DNA of 63,479 nucleotides, the filler included, from Sphacelaria rigidula (taxonomy: Eukaryota), in the NCBI GenBank assembly GCA_964200075.2. It is 10 parts of 10 records of this genome, joined end to end, with 100 filler letters (N's around TTAATTAATTAA, not from the genome) between each part and the next. Parts side by side here need not be neighbours in the genome. Positions count along the whole stretch, not along the records: positions 57,223 to 63,479 come from CAXNAA020021187.1; 9 more parts are not named here. The stretch is one strand, 5' to 3'. The translations under genes and the position numbers were made by a program. Below, piece after piece: positions 62,888 to 63,479 of this stretch (positions within the stretch are counted from its first letter, which is position 1; every line of letters begins with the position of its first letter). The notes below the pieces were generated by a model. The model saw only the letters and a list, made by a program, of their open reading frames with translations, made no database searches and had not been told where the DNA came from.

Positions 62888-63479
62888 CTGAAACGATCGG
62901 GCACACGATTTCGTTTTTTTTTTCAATTGAAAGCAAAAACGAGCAAGATATACAAGCACCTCTCAGTTCAACGTTGGTGTTTGGTGATGAACAAGAAACA
63001 CACACATACATACACATGTGTGTTTTCCTAGCGGTCAACCTTCCCAGATAAGTACTGTAGGATTTGCTGCGAACAAGGAAAAGGTTGAAAAAAAAGTGAA
63101 GCGAAAAAAAATAATCCGCTTTTGGTGCAGAAGCGGAATGGGTGAGAGCGGATGTACGGACACATACACAGACACATTCACAATGTTGCACCGAAGAGCT
63201 TTGGCATGGATCAACGTGTCAACAAAACACGCGTGTCAAAACGCAGTAAATATGAAAAGGCAGCGGGTCAGATTGATCCGTCGCAAGTTTTCCTTGTCTT
63301 CCAAAAAAAACGAAAGTGAAGGACGTCGACGGGGTGCGGCAGTGTTGGTCCAATCCTCGACAATTAACACGGGTGATCCCCTGAGACTACAAAATCGTCC
63401 CAAAGAGGAGGAGGAGGAAGAGGAGGGGGTGTACTCATGATCATGCATGCCATAGTCATCAGACCATTGACCTCGCATC

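Noticed and set aside
1..63479. Gene-poor, pseudogene-rich appearance suggesting a sex-determining region
   Set aside because: Segments are unlinked short contigs, which are expected to be repeat-rich

Overview
This is eukaryotic, intron-rich, repeat-dense DNA. It is most likely a brown alga (Phaeophyceae), inferred from intron style, a signal-peptide plus ASAFAP-like exon and a GGA(I/V)...FxxN polymorphic-membrane-protein-type exon. The window is not one locus. It is ten contigs of 6259, 6259, 6258 (x5) and 6257 (x3) bp, sorted by length and joined by 100-nt N/TTAATTAATTAA spacers, so nothing can be linked across spacers. Recognisable genes are six 3' exons of SRP68 (minus strand, with one GC-AG intron), the last exon of a mitochondrial carrier, the first exon of a probable plastid-targeted protein, five in-phase exons of a low-complexity protein, and a solitary POMP-like repeat exon. 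The rest is mobile DNA: an internally deleted hAT element that keeps an open dimerisation-domain ORF, several hAT, piggyBac and Tc1-mariner-type MITEs (some with clear TSDs), a LINE fragment, tRNA-derived SINEs, long-TIR elements and decayed ORFs. The most interesting unexplained signal is a ~600-nt fold-back at 13160-13755, followed by a second hairpin. Its mismatches are strongly biased to G:U wobble on the + strand, unlike the other inverted repeats in the window. That is the pattern expected of a structured RNA such as a long miRNA or hairpin-RNA precursor cluster.
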